NCBI GenBank assembly: GCA_002269645.1
Contig: NIVC01000035.1
Span: 1-64,000, forward strand
From: Macrostomum lignano
Lineage: Eukaryota
Reading direction: 5' to 3'
Length of the DNA stretch: 64,000 bases
Part shown: one piece after another, positions 47,546 through 60,554 of the stretch
Position numbering within the stretch: position 1 is the first letter of the stretch
How the letters are laid out: each line of letters opens with the position of its first letter
Notes under the pieces: model-generated
What the model was told of the DNA's origin: nothing
Seen by the model: only the letters and a program-made list of their open reading frames with translations
Databases searched by the model: none
Translations under genes and position numbers: made by a program

Positions 47546-48531
47546 TTAATCATTAATAATATTAATATAAACAGTAATAATATAACGATACTACTAATAC
47601 TAAATAAGTAGTTCCTCCTAGCCGGACATTTTTGCTGGGGAATTTTTTGGTGTCGGGTATCTACGATTATAATCAATAATACTCCTTTGTTAAAAAACAA
47701 TTTATATACATACTCGCTGCACTAACTCGCTATCTGTCTGTTTTTTGTTATTTATTTACATCGTTTTTTATGTTATTTTCTTTCGCCTCATAATTAATAC
47801 TGCCCCGCCAACCCCAGTTAAGATATATCAGTTAATTAGCTGTTGCGCTCCTAGTGTAGTGTTTGAACATCGCAGTGAGTTGAACATTTGCGTTTTTGCG
47901 TTGTCCGGTCTGATACATAAACTATCCTGCATAACGAGCTGTATTTATCTATGAGTACAGTTACCCTGGAAACTGATTTTCCAGCTTCTTTGTCATTTCA
48001 TTCTGTATTTTTATTGGCTATTGATAATACTATAATTAAACTTTATCCAGACCAGAAAGCATCCGGGTAAAATTTTTGTTTTTGTTTTTACAATTTATTT
48101 AAATAACATGCCTACAGACTACTGTCAGTAGGACAGAAGAGAAAAATATTAATAAATGTTCAAAATATACTCGGTCGCTTTCTGAATTTGTTTCCCCAAA
48201 ACCAAGTCTGCACTGAATGCCTGTTATTTCTTTAATGTCGTTTAACTTGCACCGCCCGTTAATCCTCTAATTTTGTGTTGTGAGCTCGATTTTGAATTTC
48301 CAAACACTAGTTTGTCCGAATCATTCTGTTCTAAGTAGTAACTAGGCTTTGCTGTCTAGGCAACTCTTAAACGAGCCCTGATGGCCTGAATACCCTCAAA
48401 AATTTATTTATCAATAAACTCTCAGTCTCCGTGTGATTTGAAAAAAACATCTGCTTCTTTTTGTCAGCTAAAATTAAAAAACTTTATTGACTTGTTTAGT
48501 GTCTCATTTCATTTTTACTTTGACGTCACTA

Positions 48532-50680
48532 AGTTCACAAACCATTGGGTCAGCAAGTTCACAAACCATTGGGTCAGCAAGTTCACAAACCATTGGGTCA
48601 GTGAGGTCACAAACCATTGGGTCAGTGAGGTCACAAACCATTGGGTCAGCAAGGTCACAAACCATTGGGTCAGTAAGTTCACAAACCATTGGTTCAGTGA
48701 GGTCACAAACCATTGGGTCAGTGAGGTCACAAACCATTGGGTCAGCAAGTTCACAAACCATTGCGTCAGTGAGGTCACAAACCATTGGGTCAGTGAGGTC
48801 ACAAACCATTGGGTCAGCAAGGTCACAAACCATTGGGTCAGTAAGTTCACAAACCATTGGGTCAGTGAGGTCACAAACCATTGGGTCAGTGAGGTCACAA
48901 ACCATTGGGTCAGTGAGTTCACAAACCATTGGGTCAGTGAGTTCACAAACCATTGGGTCAGCAAGTTCACAAACCATTGGGTCAGCAAGTTCACAAACCA
49001 TTGGGTCAGTGAGGTCACAAACCATTGGGTCAGTGAGGTCACAAACCATTGGGTCAGCAAGGTCACAAACCATTGGGTCAGTAAGTTCACAAACCATTGG
49101 GTCAGTGAGGTCACAAACCATTGGGTCAGTGAGGTCACAAACCATTGGGTCAGTAAGTTCACAAACCATTGGGTCAGTGAGGTCACAAACCATTGGGTCA
49201 GCAAGTTCACAAACCATTGGGTCAGTGAGTTCACAAACCATTGGGTCAGCAAGTTCACAAACCATTGGGTCAGTGAGTTCACAAACCATTGGGTCAGTGA
49301 GTTCACAAACCATTGGGTCAGTGAGTTCACAAACCATTGGGTCAGAAAGTTCACAAACCATTGGGTCAGAAAGTTCACAAACCATTGGGTCAGAAAGTTT
49401 ACAAACCATTGGGTCAGCAAGTTCACAAACCATTGGGTCAGCAAGTTCACAAACCATTGGGTCAGCAAGTTCACAAACCATTGGGTCAGTGAGTTCACAA
49501 ACCATTGGGTCAGTGAGGTCACAAACCATTGGGTCAGTGAGGTCACAAACCATTGGGTCAGTGAGGTCACAAACCATTGGGTCAGTGAGGTCACAAACCA
49601 TTGGGTCAGCAAGGTCACAAACCATTGGGTCAGTAAGTTCACAAACCATTGGGTCAGTGAGGTCACAAACCATTGGGTCAGTGAGGTCACAAACCATTGG
49701 GTCAGTGAGTTCACAAACCATTGGGTCAGTGAGTTCACAAACCATTGGGTCAGAAATTTCACAAACCATTGGGTCAGTGAGTTCACAAACCATTGGGTCA
49801 GTGAGTTCACAAACCATTGGGTCAGTGAGTTCACAAACCATTGGGTCAGAAATTTTACAAACCATTGGGTCAGTGAGTTCACAAACCATTGGGTCAGTGA
49901 GTTCACAAACCATTGGGTCAGTGAGTTCACAAACCATTGGGTCAGAAATTTCACAAACCATTGGGTCAGTGAGTTCACAAACCATTGGGTCAGTGAGTTC
50001 ACAAACCATTGGGTCAGTGAGTTCACAAACCATTGGGTCAGTGAGGTCATAAACCATTGGGTCAGTGAATTCACAAACCATTGGGTCAGCAAGTTCACAA
50101 ACCATTGCGTCAGTGAGGTCACAAACCATTGGGTCAGCAAGTTCACAAACCATTGGGTCAGCAAGTTCACAAACCATTGGGTCAGCAAGTTCACAAACCA
50201 TTGGGTCAGTGAGTTCACAAACCATTGGGTCAGCAAGGTCACAAACCATTGGGTCAGTAAGTTCACAAACCATTGGGTCAGTGAGGTCACAAACCATTGG
50301 GTCAGTGAGTTCACAAACCATTGGGTCAGCAAGTTCACAAACCATTGGGTCAGTGAGTTCACAAACCATTGGGTCAGCAAGTTCACAAACCATTGGGTCA
50401 GCAAGTTCACAAACCATTGGGTCAGCAAGTTCACAAACCATTGGGTCAGTGAGGTCACAAACCATTGGGTCAGTGAGTTCACAAACCATTGGGTCAGCAA
50501 GTTCACAAACCATTGGGTCAGCAAGTTCACAAACCATTGGGTCAGCAAGTTCACAAACCATTGGGTCAGTGAGTTCACAAACCATTGGGTCAGCAAGTTC
50601 ACAAACCATTGGGTCAGTGAGTTCACAAACCATTGGGTCAGCAAGTTCACAAACCATTGGGTCAGTAAGTTCACAAACCA
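48532..50680 (+). repeat. 24-bp satellite, ~90 copies (GGGTCA-NNN-AGKTCA-CAAACCATT)
   Basis: Exact 24-bp periodicity over 2149 bp; variation confined to a few positions. Confidence 0.97.
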
Positions 50681-51334
50681 GCAATGAAATTTTATTTCTT
50701 AATTTTGAAAAAGAAAATCATGATCAAAATCAAGGACAAAAAATGAATTTTATTCTTTTGCGTGAGTTGCATTATCAAAGCCTATTATGACTTAACTTGT
50801 ATGTATTGTACAGTAATTAATGATTAATCACATAGGTAGGGTTTTACATCAATAGAAACAAACAGCATCAGAATACTGCAGGACCAGCCATTTTGCACTA
50901 TGCGGAGATGCAGTTGTGAGCTGAATTATACAGCAATTAAAAGAATCCAGTTTGGCACACGCTAATTAAAGATACGTTAAAAAACGAATGTTGAATAGTA
51001 ATTAGCATAAGACCATAAGTAGTGGGGTCTATACGGCTTCAATTTGATTAATCGCATAAGAGTGAGTACTAAAAGCTGGCTAAGACCTGCTTAGCGTGTG
51101 GACACGAGGCTAAGGTATTTTACATGCAATTAGTACATTTAAGTCTTGTAGAAATGTATCTACAGCCCTTAAAAGGGCCGCTTTACAACAGACATCAGTG
51201 TATTTTTGTTAGAAACTTGCGTAAAAATATTTCCTCATTGATTGATTTCTTATACTCGTATGGAAGCAGATCGTCTAGCAAAAATAACAGATACTAGTAG
51301 AACTACTAAATATACCACTCGCAATAGAAGGGAA

Positions 51335-52140
51335 AAATAGAGCGCCTACTGATCTTTCAGAAGTTGTCTTCTGCTCAGTGTAACTTACGAGCGTAATTTA
51401 AATGAAATGAAACAGCTAGAATTTCCTTTCTTTCCTCGGGGTTTTTTGTCGCCTCAGGAGCATATGGGGTTAAGAATGAGCAAGCATTTAATTCGATGTA
51501 CACAAATGAACGCCAGACGGACGAAGCTCAGCCTAGGGGAAGGCCCTATCTAGCTCAGCCAATGAGAGAGAAGTAAGGAGAGAGAGATCAAAGTCAGACG
51601 AACGAAAATCAGCCTGGGAAAAGGCCCAATCTGGCTCAGCCAATGAGAGAGCAGTAAGGAGAGAGATCAAAGTCAGACGAACGAAAATCAGCCTGGGAAA
51701 AGGCCCAATCTGGCTCAGCCAATGAGAGAGCAGTAAGAAGAGAGATCAAAGTCAGACGAACGAAAATCAGCCTGGGAAAAGGCCCAATCTGGCTCAGCCA
51801 ATGAGAGAGCAGTAAGGAGAGAGATCAAAGTCAGACGAACGAAAATCAGCCTGGGAAAAGGCCTAATCTGGCTCAGCCAATGAAAGAGCAGTAAGGAGAG
51901 AGGTCAAAGGCAGTTGTTTATCGGCCTGGCTGGGGGGCCACCCTTTTTCTCACTTGCCCACTGTGCACACGAACTAGATTTTGGGTTTTTTAAGCTTTCC
52001 TGCTACAATCTTCAGACTTCAGTCTGGAGTCGGTAGAACAGGATTTAATGAAATAAACTGTTATAAAGACAAAAAACACTAATCTTGCTACTGAAAAGAG
52101 TAGACAAGCGCATTTTTGCGAATCACATATCTGGTTATTC
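51335..52140 (+). mobile_element. Dispersed non-coding element with an internal 79-bp tandem array (copy 2)
   Basis: About 5 units of 79 bp (51515-51910), homologous to the 74-bp unit at 27580-27880; flanks homologous. Confidence 0.65.
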
Positions 52141-52345
52141 TTCTAGGGTATCTGTAGCTCAACCCCTCAAACCGCGTCACTCCAACTGCATAGAGAAACC
52201 GTTATTAAAGCTTCATCTATTTAAGCTGAAGTACATGAAACGAAAATCGGTCTGAGATTTCCATTACTTTTCTATCTTTGATTGCTGATGCTGTAAATGT
52301 ACACACAGAATGTGAATTTATTAACTTAATAATTCTTTAGAATCC

Positions 52346-52783
52346 TCACGAATCCCCTCCATCCTCTTCCCGATCGTGCTGCTGCTGTCCAAATCTGACG
52401 CCACGGCCTCCGCTAGCGACTCCCCGATTCATATAGTAAGCCAGCATGGAGTACAGCAGCGGCATGCCCTGGCAGCTGGGATCTTCGCGCAAGTTCAACT
52501 CTCTGGACAGCAGGCTGCGACTCAGCCGGGCCTGCGGTTGTCCGCTCTCGGCCGCCAGCACCGATGCCGCATTGGAGTACTCGTTGAACTCGAGGTATTC
52601 TCGAATTAATTCGTTAATCAGCAGGTTCTCGTTGGACAGTCCGGGTCGCTGCTGGCCAGACGGCCGCGGCTCCTCGAGAGAGCGATAGATCTCAGCCCTG
52701 AGACTGGCCCTGATGTCTTGCAGGACTCCACGCGATTCCAAATTCTCTTTCAATGCCGATTTCAATTCGTCAACGGATGCCAT
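52346..52783 (-). CDS. CEP20: Centrosomal protein 20 / FOP N-terminal-like (FOR20), LisH domain, single exon, 145 aa
   Basis: MASVDELKSALKENLESRGVLQDIRASLRAEIY...LSNENLLINELIREYLEFNEYSNAASVLAAESGQP...MPLLYSML matches FOPNL/FOR20. Confidence 0.92.
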   Translation of the reverse strand: MASVDELKSALKENLESRGVLQDIRASLRAEIYRSLEEPRPSGQQRPGLSNENLLINELIREYLEFNEYSNAASVLAAESGQPQARLSRSLLSRELNLREDPSCQGMPLLYSMLAYYMNRGVASGGRGVRFGQQQHDREEDGGDS

Positions 52784-53269
52784 TTGATCAAGTGGGGGCT
52801 TTTTGAGATTTTTATCTTTAAATAGCCTATTGCACTACAGAAACAAGTAAAAACGAGCGATTTTTATGGTCAAATTTGAAGATTAAAAAAAACTAAAACT
52901 TTAAAAAGTAGCCTAAATTAAAGAAAAAACTCATAAACACGGATGATGTTGTACAAATCTGAAATAATTTTTCTCTCAGGTAATCTTTATTCGAGTTACA
53001 TACTTACAAAACAAATTATTGTACAAATCAATTAGGCAATCTTTGCTAGACAGATATGCACGCATCATGGAATCATGCTTTGGCAGTGGCGCAGCTAAAA
53101 AGTATTTATTATTACTTATATAACTTTCAGAGAAAAAATATTTGTGTACATGATTTTTGTTTTGTGGCTCTCGAAACTTAAACTGGATAGCTTATGTACT
53201 AACAGTAGTTAGTAACCTCACTCAATTTAAACGAGTCCCTCTAATCAAAGAAGAGAATATAGATAGCTA

Positions 53270-53690
<421 letters not shown>

Positions 53691-54043
53691 TTCCCCAGCT
53701 GCAAATTACCCAATATACTGCCAGCACATGCCAGATAAAAGTGCAAAAAGACACAGTAGGCCCATCGTAAAAAAACAGAAAATATGGAATCTGTCAATAA
53801 TAATGAGTACATTTAGACGCAACAGATGACTCGCAGTCAAACAGTGCCTATTATTATTGGAGGTAGTAATCAATGATTTCTGTTCGCAAAATAAATCAGT
53901 ACAGTACTTTAAGTTTGAATTGCTTGTGATTTGCAAAACCAATGCACTTCCAATTTGATTAATAGAAAAAATTCAGAGACCATAAGGTTATAAAATTATT
54001 AATTATTCATCTATTAAAGTTGGTGAATAGACTCAAGTCATGC

Positions 54044-54805
54044 TCAGTCATGCTCAGCGACGCTGCCGGGTCCGTCGATGCCCAAGCTAACCTCGTATCC
54101 ATCATTGTCCTTGCCATCGATTTCAATGACCACTGCTTGGCGACCGTAGCGACGCTTGAAGTGCGAGTAGCAGCTGGTGGGGGTGGAGAGCAATGATGGT
54201 TTCTCTGATTTGTGGTAATTGATACGTATTGATAAGAACGCACGTCTGAATCTTCTGATAGGTTCATTCTGGAACCCTACCTCAAGGGGTGCTGCTCTCC
54301 TTGGGAACTTCATGAGCTGGGAATCTCATGAGCTGGGAATCTCATGAGCTGGGAATCTCATGAGCTGGGAATCTCATGAGCTGGGAACCTCATGAGCTGG
54401 GAACCTCATGAGCTGGGAATTCCATGAGCTGGGAATCTCATGAGCTGGGACTATCATGAGCTGGGAATCTCATGAGCTGGGAACTTCATAAGCTGGGAAC
54501 TTCATGAACTTCATGAGCAGTTAGCTCAGAGGCCTGCATCCCAAATTAGCTTCAATCCCACTCAGCTCACCCAACGCAAACGGCGCTCAGCACAATCCAG
54601 AGGGCCAGCACGAAGAACACGAAGCCTTGAAAGCTGGCCACGGTGCCCGCGTAGACTGCGTTGGTGACCGTGCCGGCGAACAGGGATGCGAATACCTGGA
54701 TGAAGGCCACCGCCCGAATGCCGCGCCTGTGGTGGGGTGGTGGGGTAGATGGTTAACAGGGACACTGGGACAGAAGGACAGACAGACAGACACACAGACA
54801 GACAC

Positions 54806-54844
<39 letters not shown>

Positions 54845-54845
54845 C

Positions 54846-54876
<31 letters not shown>

Positions 54877-54877
54877 C

Positions 54878-54968
<91 letters not shown>

Positions 54969-54973
54969 CACAC

Positions 54974-55020
<47 letters not shown>

Positions 55021-55041
55021 CACAGACAGACAGACACACAC

Positions 55042-55076
<35 letters not shown>

Positions 55077-57753
55077 CACAGACAGACAGACAGACAGACA
55101 GTCAGACAAACAGACAGACAGACAGACAGACACACAGACAGACACACAGACTCACCCTGCTCAGTGGCGGTGACAGACTTGGACAGCATGGCCCGCAGCA
55201 TGGTGGACGGCAGTTTGGACAGCAGGCCGGCAACTCGAGCTAAAAAATAGAAACAGAAAATCCAGTTGGTTTTAAATCGAACTAGGCTCTCAAAAGATTA
55301 AGATAAGCAGGTACACAAATCAGTGCTCACACAGGTACAGAGTGATGTCATCGAAGGGCGGCGGGAACAGGAAGGCCACCCCGAACACCGCGTTCTGAAC
55401 AGCGCTGGATGCCAAACCAATCGAAGCCAAGAAGGTGTCCGTCACCCGGGACCTGAGCAGGCCCAGCACCAGGACGAAGACTATCTGATCGGCCACTGAG
55501 CTAGCCGCGATGAAGTAGCCCAGCTTCTCCGCATTCCAGCAGAACGGCAGGCCCAGCAGGTACAGCGTGTTGACGCCGAAAGCTAAGAACGACAACGACA
55601 AGAAAAAGAATGCAACAATGAGGGAGATGAGGATTTTTGCTCGCCGCCAGTTCGAGTTGAACAGGCGCATTGTGCCCGACAGCAGGTCGGTGAACCGACG
55701 CCAGGTTAGGGGCTCCGCCGACACGATGCCCAACTGGCGTCGGCGAAGACTTCCAGGCGAGGTTTCCGGTACGAAGCAGAGGAACGGCACAATGCTGAGC
55801 GTCATGACGACGGCGAATGCGATGACGGGCTCGCGAAATCCCCGGGTTCGAATCCACACGCCGACGGTCAGCTCGGAGACGCTGATGCAGACGGTGAACA
55901 CGGCTTCGGCGATGCCGATGTACAGCGCTCGGGAGCTTGGCGCTGTCATGTCCGCCACCATCGCGAACACGGAGGCCAGCATGGAGGCGAAGCTGCCGCC
56001 CAGGCCTCGGTGGGTGAGACAAAGATGGGGATATGCGGCATTCTGCAGTGTGTTTTGGCACCCACTGAAGCTTCAGAAGGGGCAGCAACAACCACTGAAG
56101 CTTCAGGAGGGAGGGGGCAGCGGCACCCACTGACCTTCAGGAGGGAGGGGCAGCGGCACCCACTGAACCTTCAGGAAGGAGGGGCAGCGGCACCCACTGA
56201 AGCTTCAGGAATGAAGGAGGGGCAGCGGCACCCACTGAAGCTTCAGGAGGGGAGGGGCAGCGGCACCCACTGAAGCTTCAGGAGGGGAGGGGCAGCGGCA
56301 CCCACTGAAGCTTTAGGAAGGCATTGAAGCTTCAGGACAAGGGAGCATTGGCAATCACTGAAGCTTCAGAAAGGCACTGTAGCTTCAGGAAGGGATAGCG
56401 GCACCCACTGAAGCTTCAGGAAGGGACAGCGGCACCCACTGAAACTTGAGGGAGAGGGCAGCGGCATCCACTGAAGGCCCAGAAGACAGCTAAAAGCACT
56501 CACCAGACACAAGCGACGACAGGATCAGCCACTCCAGCGGCAGATCCAGCAGCACCACAAGCACGTGAATAACAAAGGACACAAAAGTGGTGCACCAGGG
56601 CACAAACATGGAAGTTTTGCGGCCCCACCTATCGGAGAAAGCGCTTAATAGAAAGACAGAGAACAGGCTTGGAATGCCCTGCGCCAGTGAAGTGTACAGA
56701 CTGAGCTTGGCGCTGCGCTCTTGCGCAATGGCTGCCCGTCTGCGAAGGTCTTGAGTTGCGTTCGACACGCCTTTGCACTGCGATGAGTCCGTGTTCCTGC
56801 CAGCGTCCTCGATGCCCACCTCCGCGGCATATCTGTTTGTTTGAGAATTTTATTAATAATTATTGTTATTAAAATGCGAAATCCCACAAACAGGAATAGG
56901 AATCTCACGGTCTGGGTTAGGAATCTCATAGTCTGGGTTTGGAATCTCATAGTCTAGAGTTGGAATCTCATTGTCTGGAATTGGAATCTCATGGTTTCGG
57001 ATTGAAATCTCATTGTCTGGAATTGGAATCTCATGGTTTCGGATTGAAATCTCATTGTCTGGAATTGGAATCTCATGGTTTCGGATTGAAATCTCATTGT
57101 CTGGAATTGGAATCTCATGGTTTCGGATTGAAATCTCATTGTCTGGAATTGGAATCTCATGGTTTCGGATTGAAATCTCATTGTCTGGAATTGGAATCTC
57201 ATAGTCTGGAGTTGGAATCTCATAGTGTGGAGTTGGAATCTTATGGTTTCGGATTGAAATCTCACGGTCTGGAATTAGAATCTCATTTTCTGGGATTGGA
57301 ATCTCATGGTCTGGGATAGGAATCTCATGGATTTGTAACCTATGAGTCACTAAATGCAATTTTTCGGGATTACTGAGAATTTATTAAAATTCAACTAATC
57401 AGGAAAGTCTGTTTGAATTTCTAAAAAACTACTAAAAATATTTTTTCGCAGAAAACCCATTCACACCTGGCATAGATGTACTGGCTAGTGGCCAATGCTA
57501 TGGCAATAACTCCAGTGTAAAACAGTAATGCAAAAATCAGTAAGCTGGCAAAGTGCAGTCGAGTCCCAGGGAACGATGCAGTTTGTGAATTCTCATTTTG
57601 ACTCTGAGCATCCTCAGCAATGTCGTCAGGCAAGTCCGAGCTGGATGGTGAGTTCACTGAGCCTCGGTGAGTCAAAGAACGATTGGACCCGTAACTGTTA
57701 ATGCTGCTAGTTGCTACTACAACTTCGCTTGCATCGTTCGGTTTACCAGACAT
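54044..57753 (-). CDS. SLC46-family (PCFT/SLC46A3-like) MFS transporter, 6 coding exons, with a 1-bp frameshift at ~54713-54715
   Basis: Exons (minus strand) 57753-57467, 56832-56504, 56005-55331, 55239-55156, 54726-54571 and 54173-54044 (the last acceptor is the least certain). Motifs [64 protein letters not shown]. One added G gives [16 protein letters not shown]...NAVY...GFVF. Additional upstream exons cannot be excluded. Confidence 0.85.
54310..54520 (+). repeat. 16-bp minisatellite (CATGAGCTGGGAATCT), intron of the SLC46-like gene
   Basis: About 13 tandem copies. Confidence 0.9.
54773..55150 (+). repeat. (GACA)n microsatellite filling an intron of the SLC46-like gene
   Basis: Direct inspection; runs almost up to the donor at 55155. 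Confidence 0.95.
56056..56480 (+). repeat. ~30-35 bp minisatellite (CAGCGGCACCCACTGAAGCTTCAGGAGG..), intron of the SLC46-like gene
   Basis: Tandem copies between exons. Confidence 0.85.
56890..57330 (+). repeat. 21-bp minisatellite with a 42-bp dimeric higher-order unit (GGAATCTCAT core)
   Basis: Alternating TGGAATTGGAATCTCATGGTT / TCGGATTGAAATCTCATTGTC units. Confidence 0.88.
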
Positions 57754-58519
57754 TTCTTTGCCTAGGTTGTATTTTCTCTAGAGGACCCTCAGACTCGCTG
57801 GTTTCCTATTGAAGATTTCTCCGGCATTAAAAACAGAAGTTGAAAAAAGACACTCATTTTAACCCTAAATACAGTAAATAGCGGAAGTCAAATTTAGCTG
57901 ACATGTCAGCTTCTATAAATACAGATTATTGATAAAGCTTATTTACTATTTATTGAACAGCATTGATAAGTGGTAAGTGGAATATATTCTAAATAACAAA
58001 AAAGATAATTTTATTATCAGTTTTTTTAAACTGTAGCACAACTCTAGCTAGGACCCCTGGTTTGAATCCGTGAGTGGCCAAATACCTTGAGCCTGTGTGG
58101 GCGTGTGTATGAGTGCCTGCCTACCAGTATGTACAGTATTGGAGCACTTGTGTGTACTCAAAAGTCAGCAGAATGATACAAGATAGCTAAGCCGATTTTC
58201 TAGAATTAACTAACTAGACCTAGTGGCTTCAGCTTTGAGTATTTTAAGAAATTTATGACTAATAAAATATGCATTGGAATTTTAAAAGAAATTTATACCT
58301 ATTTACAATATATAAAGTCAGTCAGTGGCAAATTTAAGGGGGGGGCACACAGGGCACCCACCCCTTTATTGAGTTTCTTATTTTTTATATGGAAAATACA
58401 CATAATTGATATACATACACATGTACCTTAGTAATCTGTACCCTCCATTCAAAATTTTCTAGATCTATACGTGAAGTCAAGTGTGCGTTAAGTTCTCCTC
58501 TATTGGTCTGACTGAGACC

Positions 58520-58833
58520 CTATTAAAACAAACCCCAAGCCTACGAGAGGCTAACTCAGCCCTCCCTGTACCAACCAAGCCCGGCAGCCACCCCCAGCGG
58601 ATGGACGAGCTGACCACCCTGGACAATATCCGTGACCTGCGCACCTTCGTCCGGGACTACGGCCGGATGAGGGTCGCCGATGCCTCCACTGCGAACCTGC
58701 CGACTACTGGCGGGGACTGGGCGCACCCCCAGGGTTAATGCTTGTGCTCTTTTACCTTGGGGTTGCAATAGGGGCCTCGCGGCCTATTCGCGGCACCTGC
58801 GCCCCCCGTCAATAGTAAGTAGTAAGTAAGTAA
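58520..58833 (+). mobile_element. 3' end of a non-LTR retrotransposon (LINE), 5'-truncated
   Basis: Short GC-rich ORF end ([21 protein letters not shown]...*), then a GC-rich hairpin-like 3' UTR and a (TAAG)-like tail AATAGTAAGTAGTAAGTAAGTAAG. Confidence 0.5.
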
Positions 58834-60554
58834 GCCCCGCAGGTGCTGCTGACGAGATGCCTTGTACGTTGAACTGCAAATCTGCACCTGGTGCTGAGTT
58901 CGTTGACTTCGTTATTTCGTTCCATTCGTTATTCCAGATTTTATAATATTCATCTATATGCAACCTATTAAATTTTTATAGTAGCTATACAAATTATTTT
59001 TACTAAAAATTTGTCTTACTTGACTTCAATAGTCCCAGTTGCAATTTTTGTTTTTGTTTTCTTTTTAGTTTTTTCACACTGTATTTATTCTATTTTTGTT
59101 TTCTTTTACTTTAGTGGCAGTAGGGTTGCTACTAGTGAAAGCTTTTTTCCATGTTCAAACTAGCATTAATTTTGTAAGCATTGATTGCATTGATTCACTT
59201 CTTTCCCAATCTTTTGTAACTTTCTGCTGTGCCTATTAATGCTACTAAAAAAACCTTCCTATTTGTATTTTATGATTAACTGATTAGCTTTCAAGTTTTA
59301 AATAGCTGAGCTAATTCTTTTACCATATGCTTACTTTTAGTAGTATTATATGTACAATTATTTATTTATTTATTACCTTTTAGCTAGCAAATTGCTTAGA
59401 TGACCTCTATGTTTTGCTAAAAAGGTGAAAAAGCAAAGACAGTGCATTTTAAGGTCTGCTTTGGAAATTAGTGCAAGATTTCTGTATTTTCTGTGTTGAC
59501 TTTAATTGATTAACACTTATTAATGATTATCAGTTAACTTTCAGTTAACTTAATGAAATTAAGAGTTAATAAGTAAAGATTTTTTTGTTTTAATGCTAAC
59601 GCTTTTGTTATTAACAGAAGTTAAGCTTTTCATTAACGGTGTCCAACACTGCCCAATTTATAACCATTTATCTATAACTTCAACTACCCTCCCCTTAGAA
59701 TTGAGGACCCTGGTAGATGGAGTAAACTTGGCAGATTTTTATATTTAACTGCATGATTTTCTGTGCAAACTCAAATGTAGGTAGCAATTCAAATTTGCTA
59801 AACCACCCCAACTTTAATAGTGATAGCATCCATTTATCAATAATTCTTCCTTCCCAAACTGTCTTTATCTCACTTTTTTTCTTTTTTTTACTTTGGCTTT
59901 GCTCTTTTGATATAATCTATGATTTTTGCTCATTTTGCTAAATATATAGGTCATGAAAGAACATGCCAAAAAGTTTTGATAATTCCCTTAAATATATGCC
60001 TATAGTCTAGATATAGTTTCCTACAGATTATCCAATCCTTAAAGGAATTTGGATGCTTAAATAATAAACTTACATCTAAATAAAGTATTTATTGCAAACA
60101 AGCTCTACAAAATACATGTTGTCAATAGTAATGAAAGTGATGAACAAGTAAACCCTTAAAAAGAATGTTAAATATGTTCTAGCATTATAGAATATAATAT
60201 TATAAGTTACTTAAAGTTAATAAATATATTATTAGAGCTTTTTCTATCATTTTTATTAGAGTTATTTTAGTTGTAATTCAATTTAGCATTTTAACAAATC
60301 ATTTTATTAAAACTAAGGCTATATGTGAATAATTTGTGCTTTTATATATGTTTCTAACTTTTTGAAACTCAAATAATTTTTTTTACAGCTTTAGTGATTT
60401 CAAATGGACAAAAAATGAATTTTCAAAAAACTTGCCCTTGATTTTTAGATTTTACCTTGTAGTATACTTATTTTATAAGTTTTTAATATGCCAAAAATAC
60501 TTATGCATGAATCAACCAAATAGTCAAGTTAGCCATTTCACATGTACTGTTATG

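Noticed and set aside
48438-50790. 521-749 aa ORFs on both strands (TNHWVSEF / SQTIGSVS / DPMVCELT repeats)
   Set aside because: They arise because the 24-bp unit lacks stops in several frames; variant positions are non-synonymous in the frames examined, and there is no unique domain or splice context.
58050-58140. GGTTTGAATCC B-box-like motif (tRNA gene or SINE?)
   Set aside because: No cloverleaf or clear A box; at most a SINE relic.
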